DNA of 64,000 bases. Origin: Vicugna vicugna. Lineage: Eukaryota. A program made the translations under genes and the position numbers. This document shows, in pieces, positions 42,067-58,300 of this stretch (its first letter is position 1; each line of letters starts with the position of its first letter). The stretch lies in contig MU061578.1 of the NCBI GenBank assembly GCA_013265495.1, positions 3,419,308-3,483,307 of the forward strand, in the 5' to 3' direction. The notes under the pieces were generated by a model, which saw only the letters and a list, made by a program, of their open reading frames with translations, searched no databases and had not been told where the DNA came from.

Positions 42067-42853
42067 TTATCTTGATGCCTAGACACCGAAGAGTCTCTTC
42101 AGTCCAGGTGGCTGGGGGTTTCCAGCTCTGGAGTCATGAAGGGGTGAGGACCAAAGGCTGTTGGCATGTCCCATCCTGAGACCTTGGAGGGCTCTGAGAG
42201 AGGGAGCCACTGTCACATCAGGGAATTGGCTACTTACCACAGAGTTCCCCACTGGTGGCTCTTGAGGTCTGGGGCAGTGGTTCTGAAACTCCTTGAGGCT
42301 CCTTGCAGGAGGTCCTCAGGCCTTTCCTTGGGGGGCTCTGGAGTGGAACGTGTGCCCTGGAACCACAGGCATGGGTCCCAAATCCTCCCTTCCTGGATGA
42401 GGCCTCAGACAGGTAGTTCTCCTCCTGGAAAATGAGTTGGGGGTCCAAGAGGATGCCCTGAAGATCCTAGTGCAGCACAGGTGGTGAGAACCCCATGCTC
42501 CAGAGTGATCAGGCTGGCTCTGAAGCTTCCTGCTCTGGAGCCATGGGCCGGATGGACACTGCTCCTCACTGCCTCTGCTCCCCACACAGAGACAGGGGTG
42601 CCAAGAGTGCCTGGGGAGGGAAACATATAGGGTGGGCAGGTGTGTTTGTCTGTCCTGGCCACTCTGCAGCCAGAATGGGCACCTACGACAGTGAGAACCT
42701 CACAGCCTGGGGCGGCTGTGGCAGCAATGGGTGGCGGGCAGCAGGCAGCCGGCCTCTCTGCTCTTTCCAGCTTCTGTTTCCCTGCCTTCCCTCCTCCTAG
42801 GACCCAGGCCTGGCTCACCAGGGGCAGGGGGGCGGAGCGGCCAGAGCTGAGGA

Positions 42854-43006
42854 TGACTCAGGGCCCAGCTGTCACCATGGCAACCCTGTTGCCTAGCAAT
42901 GGCGGTCTCCCAGTAACGGCTGTCTCCTAGCAATGGGATATTTTCCCGGGCCCTGGCTGGAGCCTGGCAGTTATTTTTAGTTCGGCTGCAAATCAATCTG
43001 CAGCTG
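42854..43006. promoter_or_regulatory. Candidate enhancer: AP-1, four RFX X-boxes, MEF2, AAATCAAT and an E-box
   Basis: TGACTCA 42854-42860; X-boxes at 42871, 42888, 42905, 42922; TTATTTTTAG 42971-42980; AAATCAAT 42990-42997; CAGCTG 43001-43006. Confidence 0.6.
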
Positions 43007-44500
43007 CATTTTTGGATCCTGGAGAAGATGCAAGGTGTATGTAGGGGGTGGATTTCTCGTCAAAGGGAGGAAATTTGCCACGTGTCCCAAGGTACAGGCT
43101 CATGGGTAGGCGAGGTGATTCCACTTGGGGGTGGAGGGTGGGGGTTGTGCAGGTGAAAGGGAACCAAAGGTTGCAGAGTTGGCAGATATGACTCCCTGAT
43201 GGGGTCTCTAGGAGGACTGGTCTCTCCAGCACCCTGGAGTTCCCTAGGTCAGGCTGGTCAGGAGCAATCCAGGCCAGTATTCATGGTTGACACCATTGGA
43301 TTGTGTCACTGGGTGGTCCAGGTTCTAGCTGCTTTCTGGCACCCCTTGGCTCTCAGTTACGGGAAATGTCCTCATTGTCTCCTGCCCCCAGCTTCTCCCA
43401 GGGGTGCAGCACCCTGCCCTGGGCAGCTGAAGCAGCATATTCAGGAGATCCTAGCTGCAGGGGTCTCAGTGGCCACAGGCTCTGCTGGGGACACATCTCT
43501 CCTTCTACCCTGCTTTTCCTGAAATGGGAGCCCAAGTGGGCAGTCTTGGGCAATTAAGAGAACGTGACCTCTCTCTGGGCTTTCTCACCATTTCCTTAAG
43601 GGCTCTGTTTGCTGTCCCTTTGAAGCCAAGTTCAAACTCCTTGGTGGCTGCTGGGCCTGGGGCTGTCCCTGCCCACCTCCCACTGGCCACCTTTCCAGTC
43701 GCTGTTTTGCCCTAAGCTCCATCCAGGCCTTGGGCACTCTTCCTCCCAACCTGCCCGCCATTGACTCTGCTTGGCTTTTGTGTTATTCCCACAGGCCCTG
43801 GACCAGCCCAGCCCCTATCTTGGTCACGAGTGCTCCTGCCTGTGCCCTTCACCCTGTGGGGTTGCCTCCCCTATCCCAGGCACTGTTCAGGGAAGGGCTC
43901 AACTTGGACAGCTCCTTGTCCCAGCATCTCCTCCAGCCCCCTGCCAGGCCAGGACCTAGATTTTGAGTGAGGCCCATTTGGAGGGTCAGGGCACTGAAGG
44001 ATCTGGAGGTGGGGGACTTTGAAGGAGCCTCTAAACTGAGCACAGACATCAGGAGGGGTTACCTGAGGTTTTGGATGTCAGTTGTCTATCCAAGCACTCA
44101 CTCTCCAGGTGTTTACTGAGCACCTGCTGTATGTCTGCTCTTGCACCCACAGCAATTGAAGCCAGGTATGGTCTTCTAGGCTCCCTGTCCTTTGGGCAAC
44201 AGACCTCTGATGGCCAACAACACTTGGTGCTTCCCTGGTGGGGCCAGGAGCTGTGAGAGACAGCCCTTGTCTGTGAGTGATAGCCTCACCAGTCCCCTTG
44301 AAGAAGCATCTGGGGCAGGAGGCAGGGGAAACCTGGTGTCAAAGGGCCAGCTCAGGGCCAGGCATGTGCCCATTCTGGACCAGGTTACCCTCAAGGAGCC
44401 GCTCCCTGGCACCAACCTACACAGGCCCATTCTCTGCCCAGAGTTGGGAGGTGGAGGGTGAGGGTGGGTGAGCCAGGGGCCCAGGGCTGACTCCTCATAC

Positions 44501-44517
44501 TGCCACAAGAGGGCGCC
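44501..44517 (+). promoter_or_regulatory. Candidate CTCF site
   Basis: TGCCACAAGAGGGCGCC closely matches the CTCF core CCAC(C/T)AG(A/G)(G/T)GGC(A/G)C. Motif match only. Confidence 0.4.
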
Positions 44518-44694
44518 AGGAGCCCACTGTCAGCCTCAGAGACTGGGGCATGGGCAGTAACATCCTAGTGACTCCAGAAGTGGAACCCCCGCCCCTAGTC
44601 TCTGCTGGGACAGCTGACTGGGGTTCCCCCCTCCCTTCCTTCTACTGAGCCTCTTCTGCCTTCTCTGTGCCCAGCGCCAGGGCCTGTGTACCCC

Positions 44695-45005
44695 TTTTTA
44701 TTTTTAATTGGGGAATATATACATAAGACTTACCATCTTAACCATTTTTAAGTACACAGGAGCATTGACTCCATTCACATTCCCCTGCCCCTGGCACCCT
44801 CCATTCTACTTTTTCCCTATGAATTTGGCTATTTTAGGTCCTTTTGTGACTGGCTTATTTCACTGAAACCAATGTCTTCTAGGTTCTTCCATATGGTAAT
44901 GTGTCAGAATTTCCCTTTTAAGGCTGAATTATATTCCACTGTGTGGATGGACCCCATTTTGTTTAGCATCATCCATCAATGGACACTTGGGTTGTGTCCT
45001 CCTTT
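44695..45005 (-). mobile_element. Old L1 (L1MB-like) 3' fragment, antisense
   Basis: ttaccatcttaaccattttttaag...ttttgtgactggcttatttcactga...aggctgaattatattccactgtgtggat...catccatcaatggacacttgggttg. Confidence 0.75.
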
Positions 45006-46177
45006 GAGGGTTCTCACCCCATGTTGCCCAGGGCCAGGAGCCAGCTGAGCCCTGCAGGTACCTTGCCCCTCTTTGACCTGGAAGGGCCCTGGGGCCAGGG
45101 GAGGGGGATGTGGTACACTCAGTTTGGCAGTGCCTCCAATGCCTTACTTACCCTTAGTGCCATTTGCCCTTATCTGTCTGTATGCACTTCTGGTCCTTGG
45201 TAGCAGGAAGGCTGGGGTTGGGGAGACAGTGGGATAAAGACTTCACACCCACAGACAGCAGAGAGTCTTATGCTGGTCCCCGCAGATGCCAGCCAAAGCT
45301 CTCACTGTCTCCCAAGGGTTCCAGTGCCCGGTTGGAGTCTTGGGTTTGTGCCTAAGGCCTCTATAATCTGACCCCAGGGTGTCACAGGCTGTTGGGAGCC
45401 CATCTACTGGGTTCACAGCTTTGCCAAGGCTGTCTATCTGCTCCTCCCCTCTGCCTGGAATTCCCTCCAGTCTCCACCTGGCCAGCCACTCCCCACCTCC
45501 CTGGCCTCCACAATGACCCTAGGTGTAGGGGGAATCCTTTATGAGAGTAGGCCCCATTTCAGCTTGTCTCGATCTATTGGGGGCCTAATTCTGGGGCTCA
45601 GGGCTGTCCTTGCTCCTGCTTTTCCACAGTGCCTGCAGCCCCAGCGCCCTGGCCCCTCATCCCTGGTTTCAGTCACCCCCACCCCCTGCCCGCCGCGTGT
45701 GGCGAGTCACCAGGATTAGATTGGGGCCAGATGGGGGATGGAAGCCCAGGTCCTACTCTTGGGAAAAGACACCGGAGATGAATCTCCCTCCTCTAGAGGT
45801 TCCGTGGGCACCACCCCCACCCCGGCCAAGGGCTTGAAGGACGGTGGCCCAACCAGGACCCAAGATGGCATACAAGGCGAGGCTGGAGGTGAGGGGACTT
45901 CGAGGAGGCGACACGGAGCGTGTCCAGCCGCGGAGCCCCCTCCCCGGTGCTTCCTGGACTGCAGGCTGGTCCTCCCGCTCCTGAGAGCGCCGCTGTGATT
46001 GGCGGAAAGTTCGGGGGCCGCTGCGCGATTGGCCGCCTGGCCCGCCCCCCGCTCCCTGGAAGCTCCCAGGCGCCTCGCGGGGTGCGCGGCCGGCCGGCGC
46101 AGGCGGTGGGGCCTGTGCGGGGCCGGGGCCCGCGCCCCAGCTGCTCCCCACCGCGCCCCCGCGCGTCCCCGCGCGCC

Positions 46178-48355
46178 ATGCCGCCCCCTGCGCTGCTCTA
46201 CGCGCTTTGCTGCGGCCTCTTGGCCGTCGCCGCCCGCGCCGGCTACTCGGAGGACCGCTGCAGCTGGAGGGGCAGGTACGAGCCTCACTGGAAGCCCTCG
46301 CGGACTAACCCTCTGGGGCGGTGCGCACCCATTAGGAAGGAGCCGTGTCATCCGCTGTTTTGGATAGAACACTCCGACCCGGCACCGCACCGAATCCTTG
46401 CTCTCTCCCTCTGAGTCCCGGAACGCTGGGCCTCAGTTTCTTCTTCCACAAAGTGGACGCAGCTGTTGGTAGCTGCAGTGAGAGGGTGCATGGGGAGCAG
46501 GCTGGCTGGGTGGGGACGCCAACCGCCCTCCTCATCACCGCCCGTCCTGTCCGCAGCGGCCTGACCCAGGAGCCCGGCAGCGTGGGACAGCTGGCCCTGG
46601 CCTGTGCGGAGGGCGGGGTCGAGTGGCTGTACCCCGCCGGGGCGCTGCGCCTCACCCTAGGCGGCTCCGACCCCGGCGGGCGGCCGAGCATCGCCTGTCT
46701 GCGGCCGGCGCGGCCCTTCGCAGGAGCCCAAGTCTTCGCGGAGAGGGCGGGAGGCACTCTGGAGCTGCTCCTGGCCGAGGGCCGAGGCCCTGCCAGGGGC
46801 CGATGCGTGCGCTGGGGTCCTCGCGAGCACCGGGCCCTCTTCCTCCAGGCCACTCCACATCCCGATATCAGCCGCCGCGTGGCTTCCTTCCGCTTCGAAC
46901 TGCGGGAGGACGGGCGTCCAGAACTGCCTCCGCAGGCTCAGGGCCTTGGTGCAGATGGTGAGTGCCAGTCCGAGTTGGAGACCGGTAGGAGTCATGGAGT
47001 CGCACCATGGCCGGGTGGAGTGAGAACGTGTCCTTCTTCCCCATTGCACAGAGGGAGAAACTGAGACCCCAGAGTGAAGCAGCCTATCAAAGGCACTCAG
47101 CTAGTGAGAAGCAGTGCCAGGGCAGGTGAGAGGGAGGAAATGAGAAAGGGGTGATCCCTCAGCCTGCTGCTTAGGGAGAGAGCTGGTAGGGGGCAGAATC
47201 CTGGAAGGGGAAGCCAGGCAGGGCTACCCAGGCCCCTGGTCCCTGAGGAGTTCGGGGGAGGGGATGATGGGGGACAGAATCAAAGCCTCCGGCCAAAGAT
47301 GTCCCGGGCTCCCTGGCCCAGCGGTGACCTCCCTCCCCTCCCCCAGCCCAAAACAACAGAAGTCCAGTGTGAGCCCAGTCACCATGGAGATGAAGCCCCG
47401 CCTCCTGGCAGGGCACCAGGTCCAGCTCTTTGCTCTCCTGGAGCTTGGAGCCTGACCTCACAGGGGATGGGGGTCTCTCTGTTCTGCCCCCTGACCTCAG
47501 AGCCCACCATAATCTCCTGCCACTGGGCTGGGCTGGTGTCCTTGGGCCCCAGGAGGCAGCCCTGGGAGACTAAGGGGTTATCGCCTGCTGGTGCCTACAT
47601 GTGAGATGCTTGCACCCAGACACTTGAGCTCCAGGTCAGGGGGCTTTGTGCTGGCATGCTGGGCACAGCACCCAGGCCCATGTCTGTGTGTGCATGTTTC
47701 AGGCAGGCACAGGCCTGTGGTGTCACCTTGGGTACTAGGTGTCTTCAGGGTGTGCACACATGCTCTCTGGGATCTCCAGTTGCCATCAGGCCCTGACAGG
47801 GGTCTGGTAGCTTGCCCTCTCCCTCCTGTGTCCAGCTGGGGGAGGCCTTGGATGGTCCAGGAGAAGGCAGGGCCTCCACTCAAGACCTCCCCTGCATGCC
47901 AGGTGCCTGCAGACCCTGCAGTGATGCTGAGTTCCTTCTGGCTGCATGCACCAGTGACTTTGGTGAGTGCCCCTGCTGTGGGGAGAGCCTGGGGCCTGCC
48001 TTCCCCTGCATGCCACTGGCCAACATGTGTCCCCACAGTGATCCTCGGAACCATCCATGGGGTCACCCACGACACAGAGCTGCAGGAGTCCATTATCACC
48101 GTGGTGGCTGTCCGTGTTCTCCGCCAGACGCTGCCGCTATTCCGGGTAGGGGGCCCTGGGGCCCAGGTGCAGGCCTCCATTCGCACCCCACTGCGCTGTG
48201 GTGTCCGCCCCGGCCCTGGCACCTTCCTCTTCATGGGCTGGAGCCACTTTGGTGAGGCCTGGCTGGGCTGCGCCCCCCGCTTCCGGGAATTCAGCCGTGT
48301 CTATGCAGCTGCCCACACCAACCACCTCCACCCCTGTGAGGTGGTGCTGGACTGA
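46178..48355 (+). CDS. METRN: Meteorin (secreted glial differentiation factor), complete, 291 aa, 4 exons
   Basis: Exons 46178-46275, 46557-46957, 47903-47962, 48039-48355 (876 nt). Signal peptide MPPPALLYALCCGLLAVAARA, GYSEDRCSWRGSGLTQE, CRPCSDAEFLLAACTSDF, HLHPCEVVLD*. CpG island with two reverse CCAAT boxes near 45997 and 46028. Confidence 0.96.
47030..47130. mobile_element. MIR fragment in METRN intron 2
   Basis: cattgcacagagggagaaactgagaccc...aaggcactcagctagtgag. Confidence 0.55.
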
Positions 48356-51300
48356 GGGGCCTGGGAGCAGGACGCTGGGAAGGGGCTGGGAGGAGGGTGG
48401 AGGGATGCCTCCAGATGGCATCACGGTACCCACTGCTTCTGCTGTAACAGCAATAACCAATAAGAACACTGACTACATTCACCAATGGATATCGAGTGCT
48501 GGTGCCTGAGCCCAGCCCCGGGCCTGCCTCACTGCATTTTATCCTCCCATAGCCCTGGGGACTGTGCGATTCCTGCTCCACAGAGCCAGAGACTGAGGCT
48601 TGAGGGCAGTGGTGCTGTGTCTGAGGCCACCTATTCCCCAACCTGGCAAGGGGCTTCTGCTGGGTGGGAGGTGTGACTCACATGAACCTCGGCTCTGCTG
48701 CTCCTGCCCCCAGTGCCAGTGCTTCCGCGGCTCAGAGCAGGAGTGGAGAAGTGGCCATAATTCCCCAGGTCTGAGGTGGCTGGGGTCCCTTGTAGGGGCA
48801 GGCAGGCGACACCACTCTCAACCTGCAAGGGAAGGGGTTGCAAACTGACGGGCAGCCGACTTCCCTGCATGGTCCGCTGCAAGCCTGGCAGAGTCATCCT
48901 GGCCCCATCCTGCCCTCCAGGAAGAATGGACCCCTCTGTCCTGAGGCCCTTGATACGTGCGGAGCATCCCAACGGCGGTAGGGTCTCCCCTGCGGGGTCC
49001 TGTTTGTTGCCCATTTCCGGCGGGCGGGGCCCACAATGGGGTCTCTAAGGACCGTTTCCCGCCACTGGTCCCATTGTTGCTACCTCTGCCTTTCTCCTCA
49101 GCCTCAGCCACATAAAGGGCCAGCCTGTTCTGGACAAAGCCAACAGCTCTAAGGCTGAAAGGCCCCAGGATGGGGGCGCATGTGGGACTACTGAACCCGA
49201 AATGAGTGGACTCTGCTGTCCCAGTCCCACAGCTCCTGGGAAGGAGGGCCACAGCTCAAGTCTTGGGGGGCACCTGTGAAGTGCCCCAGAAACCACTTTC
49301 CATCTCTACCTGGTGGCCTTCACTGGGGAAGCGTCTGTCATCTTTCAGGCAGGAACTGAGGCTGGGAGAGGAACATGGCTGTGCACAGCCCCCAGGCAGG
49401 GCTGCTTCTGCCAGATTTGGCTGATGTAGGTACTTCGTGTTGCCACACCCTGTGAGGACACTCAGTGTTACTCCAGTGGCTGCCTGGAGTTTCCGTGGGG
49501 CTGGCTATCTGAAGCGGCATTCGTGGGGCATGGCCTTTCACTTGGACTAGCTGCTTGCTGTGAGGACTGGTGAGAATTGTGGGTGGGAGCATAGTCACAC
49601 TGGACAGCAGGCTTCCCTGGTTTCCTCCCACCTCCCGCCACTCCTGAGGCTTCTTGCTGTGCCCTCTCACCTCCCCAAACTCCCATCCATGGCTTGCTCA
49701 GGGCTCAAGCACTAGACCTTTCTGTTGACATTCCTACATTCCCTCCTTGGAGAGCTGTACCAGCCTCCTGGCTGTAAATACCATCAATATGCTGATGACC
49801 CCACATGTGGATCTCCAGCCTGGACCTCTCTCCTGGACAGCAGACCTTTGTATCCCTGTTCTTCCCTCTCCCCCCACCAGGGAGTATCTCAGTAAAGGCC
49901 AGAGGGGGAGGAGGTGGGTGTACTCTCCCATCCCCCTCCTCCTCTCTGTCTTAGGAGGCTTTTGCACCTCACCCTTGACTCCTGCCCTGATTGTCTGGCC
50001 AGCTTCCCACAGCCTCTGGTTTGGACAGAGGCCTATGGCCACACTTGGTGGTCGCCGTGGCTTGCCTGTGGGACCATCTGTCCACAAAAACGTGGAGTAG
50101 CTGCTCTGGGGTGGGCCCTAGGCTGGACACTGGCCTCTACCCACCTGCCCCAGGAAGTGCCTCCTACTCACACACCTTCCTCCAGAGAAAAGTACTGGCT
50201 TTTCTCGTAAGGAGCAGGAAGCCGAAGTGGGTGCTGCCAGCAAGGCCAAGGGAGCACAAGGGTGTTCCTAGGAGGAACCTGGAAGGCTTGGGTGAGGGCT
50301 TCATGCCAGCGCTGGGGAGTGGCCAAGGTGAAAACGTGGGCATGCAGGCCGAGACTATGGGAACAGGTGCCTGTGGGGCACCTGCATGGCTTCTCTTGGT
50401 GTGTGCACTCACACAGGTGCACCCGAGTGCCCAGTGTCCAAAGGCGAGGAGCAGACATGCTGGTGAGGTACTTGTGGGTATACACACTGGGAAGTCTGGC
50501 TAGGTGTCTTCATCTAGTCAACCAGCCTTTATTGACTGTCTGCCAGATGCCAGGGGTTTGTATAGACACCAGGAATAATGCAAGGAAGAAAAGAGACAAG
50601 GGTGAGATGGCTGTGTAAGCACTCCACCAGCCTAGAGCCCAGTGCATGTCCTTCCTTTCTAGGGAGGGCCCAGTGATAGCCAGGAAGGAGACAGGATGTT
50701 CTGATCTCTGTGCGGTGGGTCAGCCGCCCTCCTCTCCAGTGCTCGGATCTTGGGAGCAGGGCACCTGGGTTTCCTGCAACAGGGGCACCTGTCCTTCAGG
50801 GCTGGTGGTAGCTGGGGCCAAGGGCAGGTAGGCGAGTGAGGCGGCCTGTACTTGAAGCGTGGGGGCAGTGGGCTCTGGCGTGCCCACATTGTCTGAAGCA
50901 CCTCTGTCAACCTTGGGGCTCCTGACCAGTGTGGGGAATGGCGGAGAAGTCCGGCCAGGGCCTGTGTGCAGACAAGCCTCTGTCACTCTTGGATGTTTGT
51001 CTTCAGAGTCTGCTGAGGAGGAGGTCCTGGCTCTGTCCCCGCACTTGCCTCTCCCTTTCCCAGGCTCTGTCAGGTCACCTCCAGGAACTCAAGTCTTTTC
51101 TGTGAGTGACATTTTCTGGAGAAGGAAGGTGGTCTCTTCCTCCCAGCCGCCGGGCTGGGTCAGCTACCAGAGGGCCCCGCCCCTCACATCCGGCTCCCCT
51201 CCCACTATGCTCGGAGAGAGCCAACATCTGTCCGCTCGGTTGTGCTAAATTTCTCCTTGTAAGCCCCCTCGGCCCTGCCCCTCAGCCGAGCTCCAACTTC

Positions 51301-52002
51301 CACCACCCCCGCGGACCCCAGCGCATCCTGTTTCCTGCGCACTCGGGCTAGTTGCCTTCAGCTGTGGGAGGGGCCCCTATGTCCTCCCCGCGACTGCTCC
51401 TGTGCTTGGCGGGTTATCTGGATGTGCAGGTCGGCGGAGACGCCCCTCTAAGCCGGTGAGCCGTTCCCCACTGGCTGACCGCTGCCCCAGGGCTCCAGCC
51501 ACACTGCACTGGCCTTCACGGCCAGTCAGCAGGAGCCACAGCACCGCTTCTCTTGATCGTATCCCCGCGCTGGGATGTGCGGCCTCAGGGGTCCGCAGCG
51601 CCCGGGACAGGCCCATAGCAGCCGTCTGAGGAGTGGGCCAACGCGGCTGACTGCCGAGGGCTTCGGCCAGGAAGCAGTACGGCCAGAACCCGCAAGGGTC
51701 GCCCTGGACCCCAAGGCTCCAAGGCCGGGAACCCGCTGGAGGGTCCCTGGACTCGCGCGGAGAGTAAGGTGAACGGACCGGCAGCGCAGCCTCTACCAGC
51801 CGCTTCCGGCGTCTCGCCACGGCCTCTGCCCCGCCTCTTCCGGCGTCGGCGCCGGGGGCCCAGTAGGCGTAGGGCGGGGGAGGAAAGGCTTCCGGCTATA
51901 AAAAGGGCTTACCCCTCCAGCTCCTGGCCGGGGTGTGAGGGTCTCGGACCTGAGGTGGGGAGGGGCCTTGGGGCGTGACGACCCCGAGCCGCTGCCGCAG
52001 GC

Positions 52003-53321
52003 ATGGAGCTGGATGACCCGGCTGAAGAGCTGACGGAGCTACGCGAGCGGCCGCTGGGCGCGTTGGCGCTGCTGCAGGTGGCGGCGGGCTCAGGCCTGGC
52101 CGCCTACGCCGTGTGGGCGCTGCTGCTGCAGCCGGGCTTCCGCCGCGTGCCGCTACGGCTGCAGGTGTGGTGCTGAGCTCGGGCCGGTGTGTTGGGGACA
52201 TAGGGGCGTGACGGACCGGGGTGGGGGTGGTCTGGATTGAGATACTGAGCCTGGGTGTGAGGGGAGGGTGCTGCTGCCCAAGGGCCAGCCGGGTTGTGGG
52301 TTGGGCCGGACAGCGCGCTCTAAGAAAGGAAGCCTAGGAGGCGGCGCCTCACTTCTCCCTCACAGTCTTGCTCGCCTCCTTGCCCAGGTGCCCTATGTCG
52401 GTGCGAGTGCCCGGCAGGTGGAGCACGTGTTGTCGCTGCTGCGAGGCCGTCCTGGAAAGATGGTAGACCTGGGTTCTGGTGATGGCAGAATTGTAAGGAC
52501 TTTGTGTGTTAGGGGGCGGTCCTTGCTGCCCCCTCCCATGGGTATACCTCCCCATCTCTTGGCCTGACGCTATCTGTGCCCTCAGGTGCTGGCTGCCCAC
52601 AAGTGTGGTCTCCGCCCAGCTGTGGGCTACGAGCTGAACCCGTGGCTGGTGGGGCTGGCATGGCTGCATGCCTGGAGGGCAGGCTGTGCAGGCAGTGTCT
52701 GCTACCGCCGTGAAAATCTCTGGAAGGTAACCCGGGGAGTCCTAGATCCCCTCAGACCCCAGCCCTGATCTCCATTCTTTCAGTTCTGGCTTGGCTGCCC
52801 TGCTGACAGCCCCAGGTGCTTCTGCCTGAGCAGGCTGGAGCTGGGACTTGGAAGTTGCAGTGACCCCATACCCACCAGTTCTCTTCCTCTGGTGGGGCCC
52901 CATTCTCTGCTGGGGTGACCTCCTCTTCCTACAGGTGAGCCTGAGAGACTGCCACAACGTGTCTGTGTTCCTGGCTCCTAGCGTGGTAGGTCTGGGGTGT
53001 GCCAGCCCCATGGAGACTTAGGCCATCCCCAGTGTAGGTGCCGGCTAGGGGCAGCTGTGTTCCACCTGGCCCACCCCACCCTCCTGCTCTCTCCCACAGC
53101 TCCCACTGCTGGAGGACAAGCTGCAGGCGGAGCTGCCTGCAGGAGCCCGTGTGGTGTCAGGGCGCTTCCCCCTCCCCACCTGGCAGCCGGTGGCTGTGGT
53201 GGGTGAAGGCCTGGACCGTGTCTGGGCCTATGATGTCCATAGGGGTGGGCTAGCTGGGCAAGTTGCACCAGCACCCACTTCTGCTTCAGTACCTGGGTCC
53301 CCCAACTCTCAGTCTGGCTGA
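52003..53321 (+). CDS. ANTKMT: Adenine nucleotide translocase lysine N-methyltransferase (FAM173A), complete, 226 aa, 5 exons
   Basis: Exons 52003-52164, 52388-52492, 52586-52726, 52935-52985, 53100-53321. [22 protein letters not shown] motif [34 protein letters not shown] at 53330-53335; TATAAAAA at 51897-51904 within a CpG island. Confidence 0.95.
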
Positions 53322-53446
53322 CTGGACACAATAAAGATTTGGTTCCACTCTGATTCTTTTTGGGTGGAGTGATCTCCCAGGGTGGGGCCGTGGGGACGGC
53401 TTCATGCTGGCCATGGAGAGTTCTCGAAGTTTATCTGATGAACAGT

Positions 53447-57163
<3,717 letters not shown>

Positions 57164-57559
57164 AGGCAAAAGGGACAACCACCAGCCCCAAGCCTACTGC
57201 CACTTCGCCTACTGGTGTGTTGCTGCAACACGGTGGCTTGTGTTGCCAAGGCTTTTGTTGTTCCCAGGAGACTACCGGGGCCCCGCCCGCCAGGGCAGGC
57301 AGGACAATTCAGTGGTTGAAGAGGTGGGTGCAAACTGTCAGCTTTTTCCATATTTGGCCACCCTTTCTTTCTGGCTTCCTTTTCCTCAACGAGGAAACGC
57401 AGACCAGCACCCGTCTTCATCCGGGGAGCACACAGAGCCAAGAGCGCAGAGCGCATAGCAGCGCTCAGCATGGGGAATTGTGGAACAGCGCACATTGGAA
57501 TGGAGCTGTCGCTGCTGTTTATGTTCTCAAGCAGGGCGCCTTGCCCTACGATGTACGTT

Positions 57560-58300
57560 CATACACTAACTAGGCCCCTTCCGGTGCTGGCTGAGCGCTG
57601 GGACAGGCAGGCGAGCAAAGTGGACATATCCCTGCACCCCTAGCCTGACGGAAATAGGCGCAGACGTCCCAACGTGGGGCCCGGTGATTCGATAGAACGG
57701 GTTCAGTCGGTTGCCAGAAGGGCTTCGCGGAGGAGGCGCCGTAGCGCCGGACGTGCGCGCAGTCCCTTTGAGCACGCGTGCACTCCCTCTCGCGCACGCG
57801 CATTCCCTGAACCGCGCTCGGGTTCCCGACGCGCGCGGGCTCCAGGCCGGCCCCGCAGGAGGGCGCCTCGGGGGCGCAGGCCGTTGGGGGCGGCCGCGCA
57901 GAGCGGCTCACTCCGTCCAGGTCCCGTGACCGGCGTCCAAGGCCCGCCTATGTCAGGCTGTCCTTCAGACAGTCCGCGCGACAGGCTGGCGTAGCCGGTG
58001 GGGGTGAGTGGGCGGCCAGGGAAGGACGCGGGCAGGGACCGGGGTCGCACTGCCTCGGGAGGGGCCCTGGGAGAGATGGGGCCTGAAGGGATCGGGGTAT
58101 TGGGGGCGGAGCGAGAGAGGAGCTGGTCCAGGGTCGCGCTGCGGCGGGAGGACGCCTTGGGAGGGGGCGGGTCCTGGGAAGCAGGCGGGTCCTACTGGGG
58201 CAGCGGCCTGGCTGGGGACAAGCGCGGGGAGAGGGCGTGGCTCGGCGGGGGGCGGGCCCTGATGTGGGCGGGACCTTGAGGAGGGATTGGGAGCGGCAGG
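57560..58300. promoter_or_regulatory. CpG island between divergent CCDC78 (-) and HAGHL (+)
   Basis: CpG-dense, NRF1-like tgcgcgca/gcgcacgcgca motifs, GC boxes and a CTCF-like CCCGCAGGAGGGCGCC at 57852-57867. Confidence 0.65.

Noticed and set aside
47591-48355. 254-aa ORF as a separate gene or alternative METRN N-terminus
   Set aside because: It is METRN exon 4 extended upstream through intron sequence. The spliced 4-exon model explains the conserved part.
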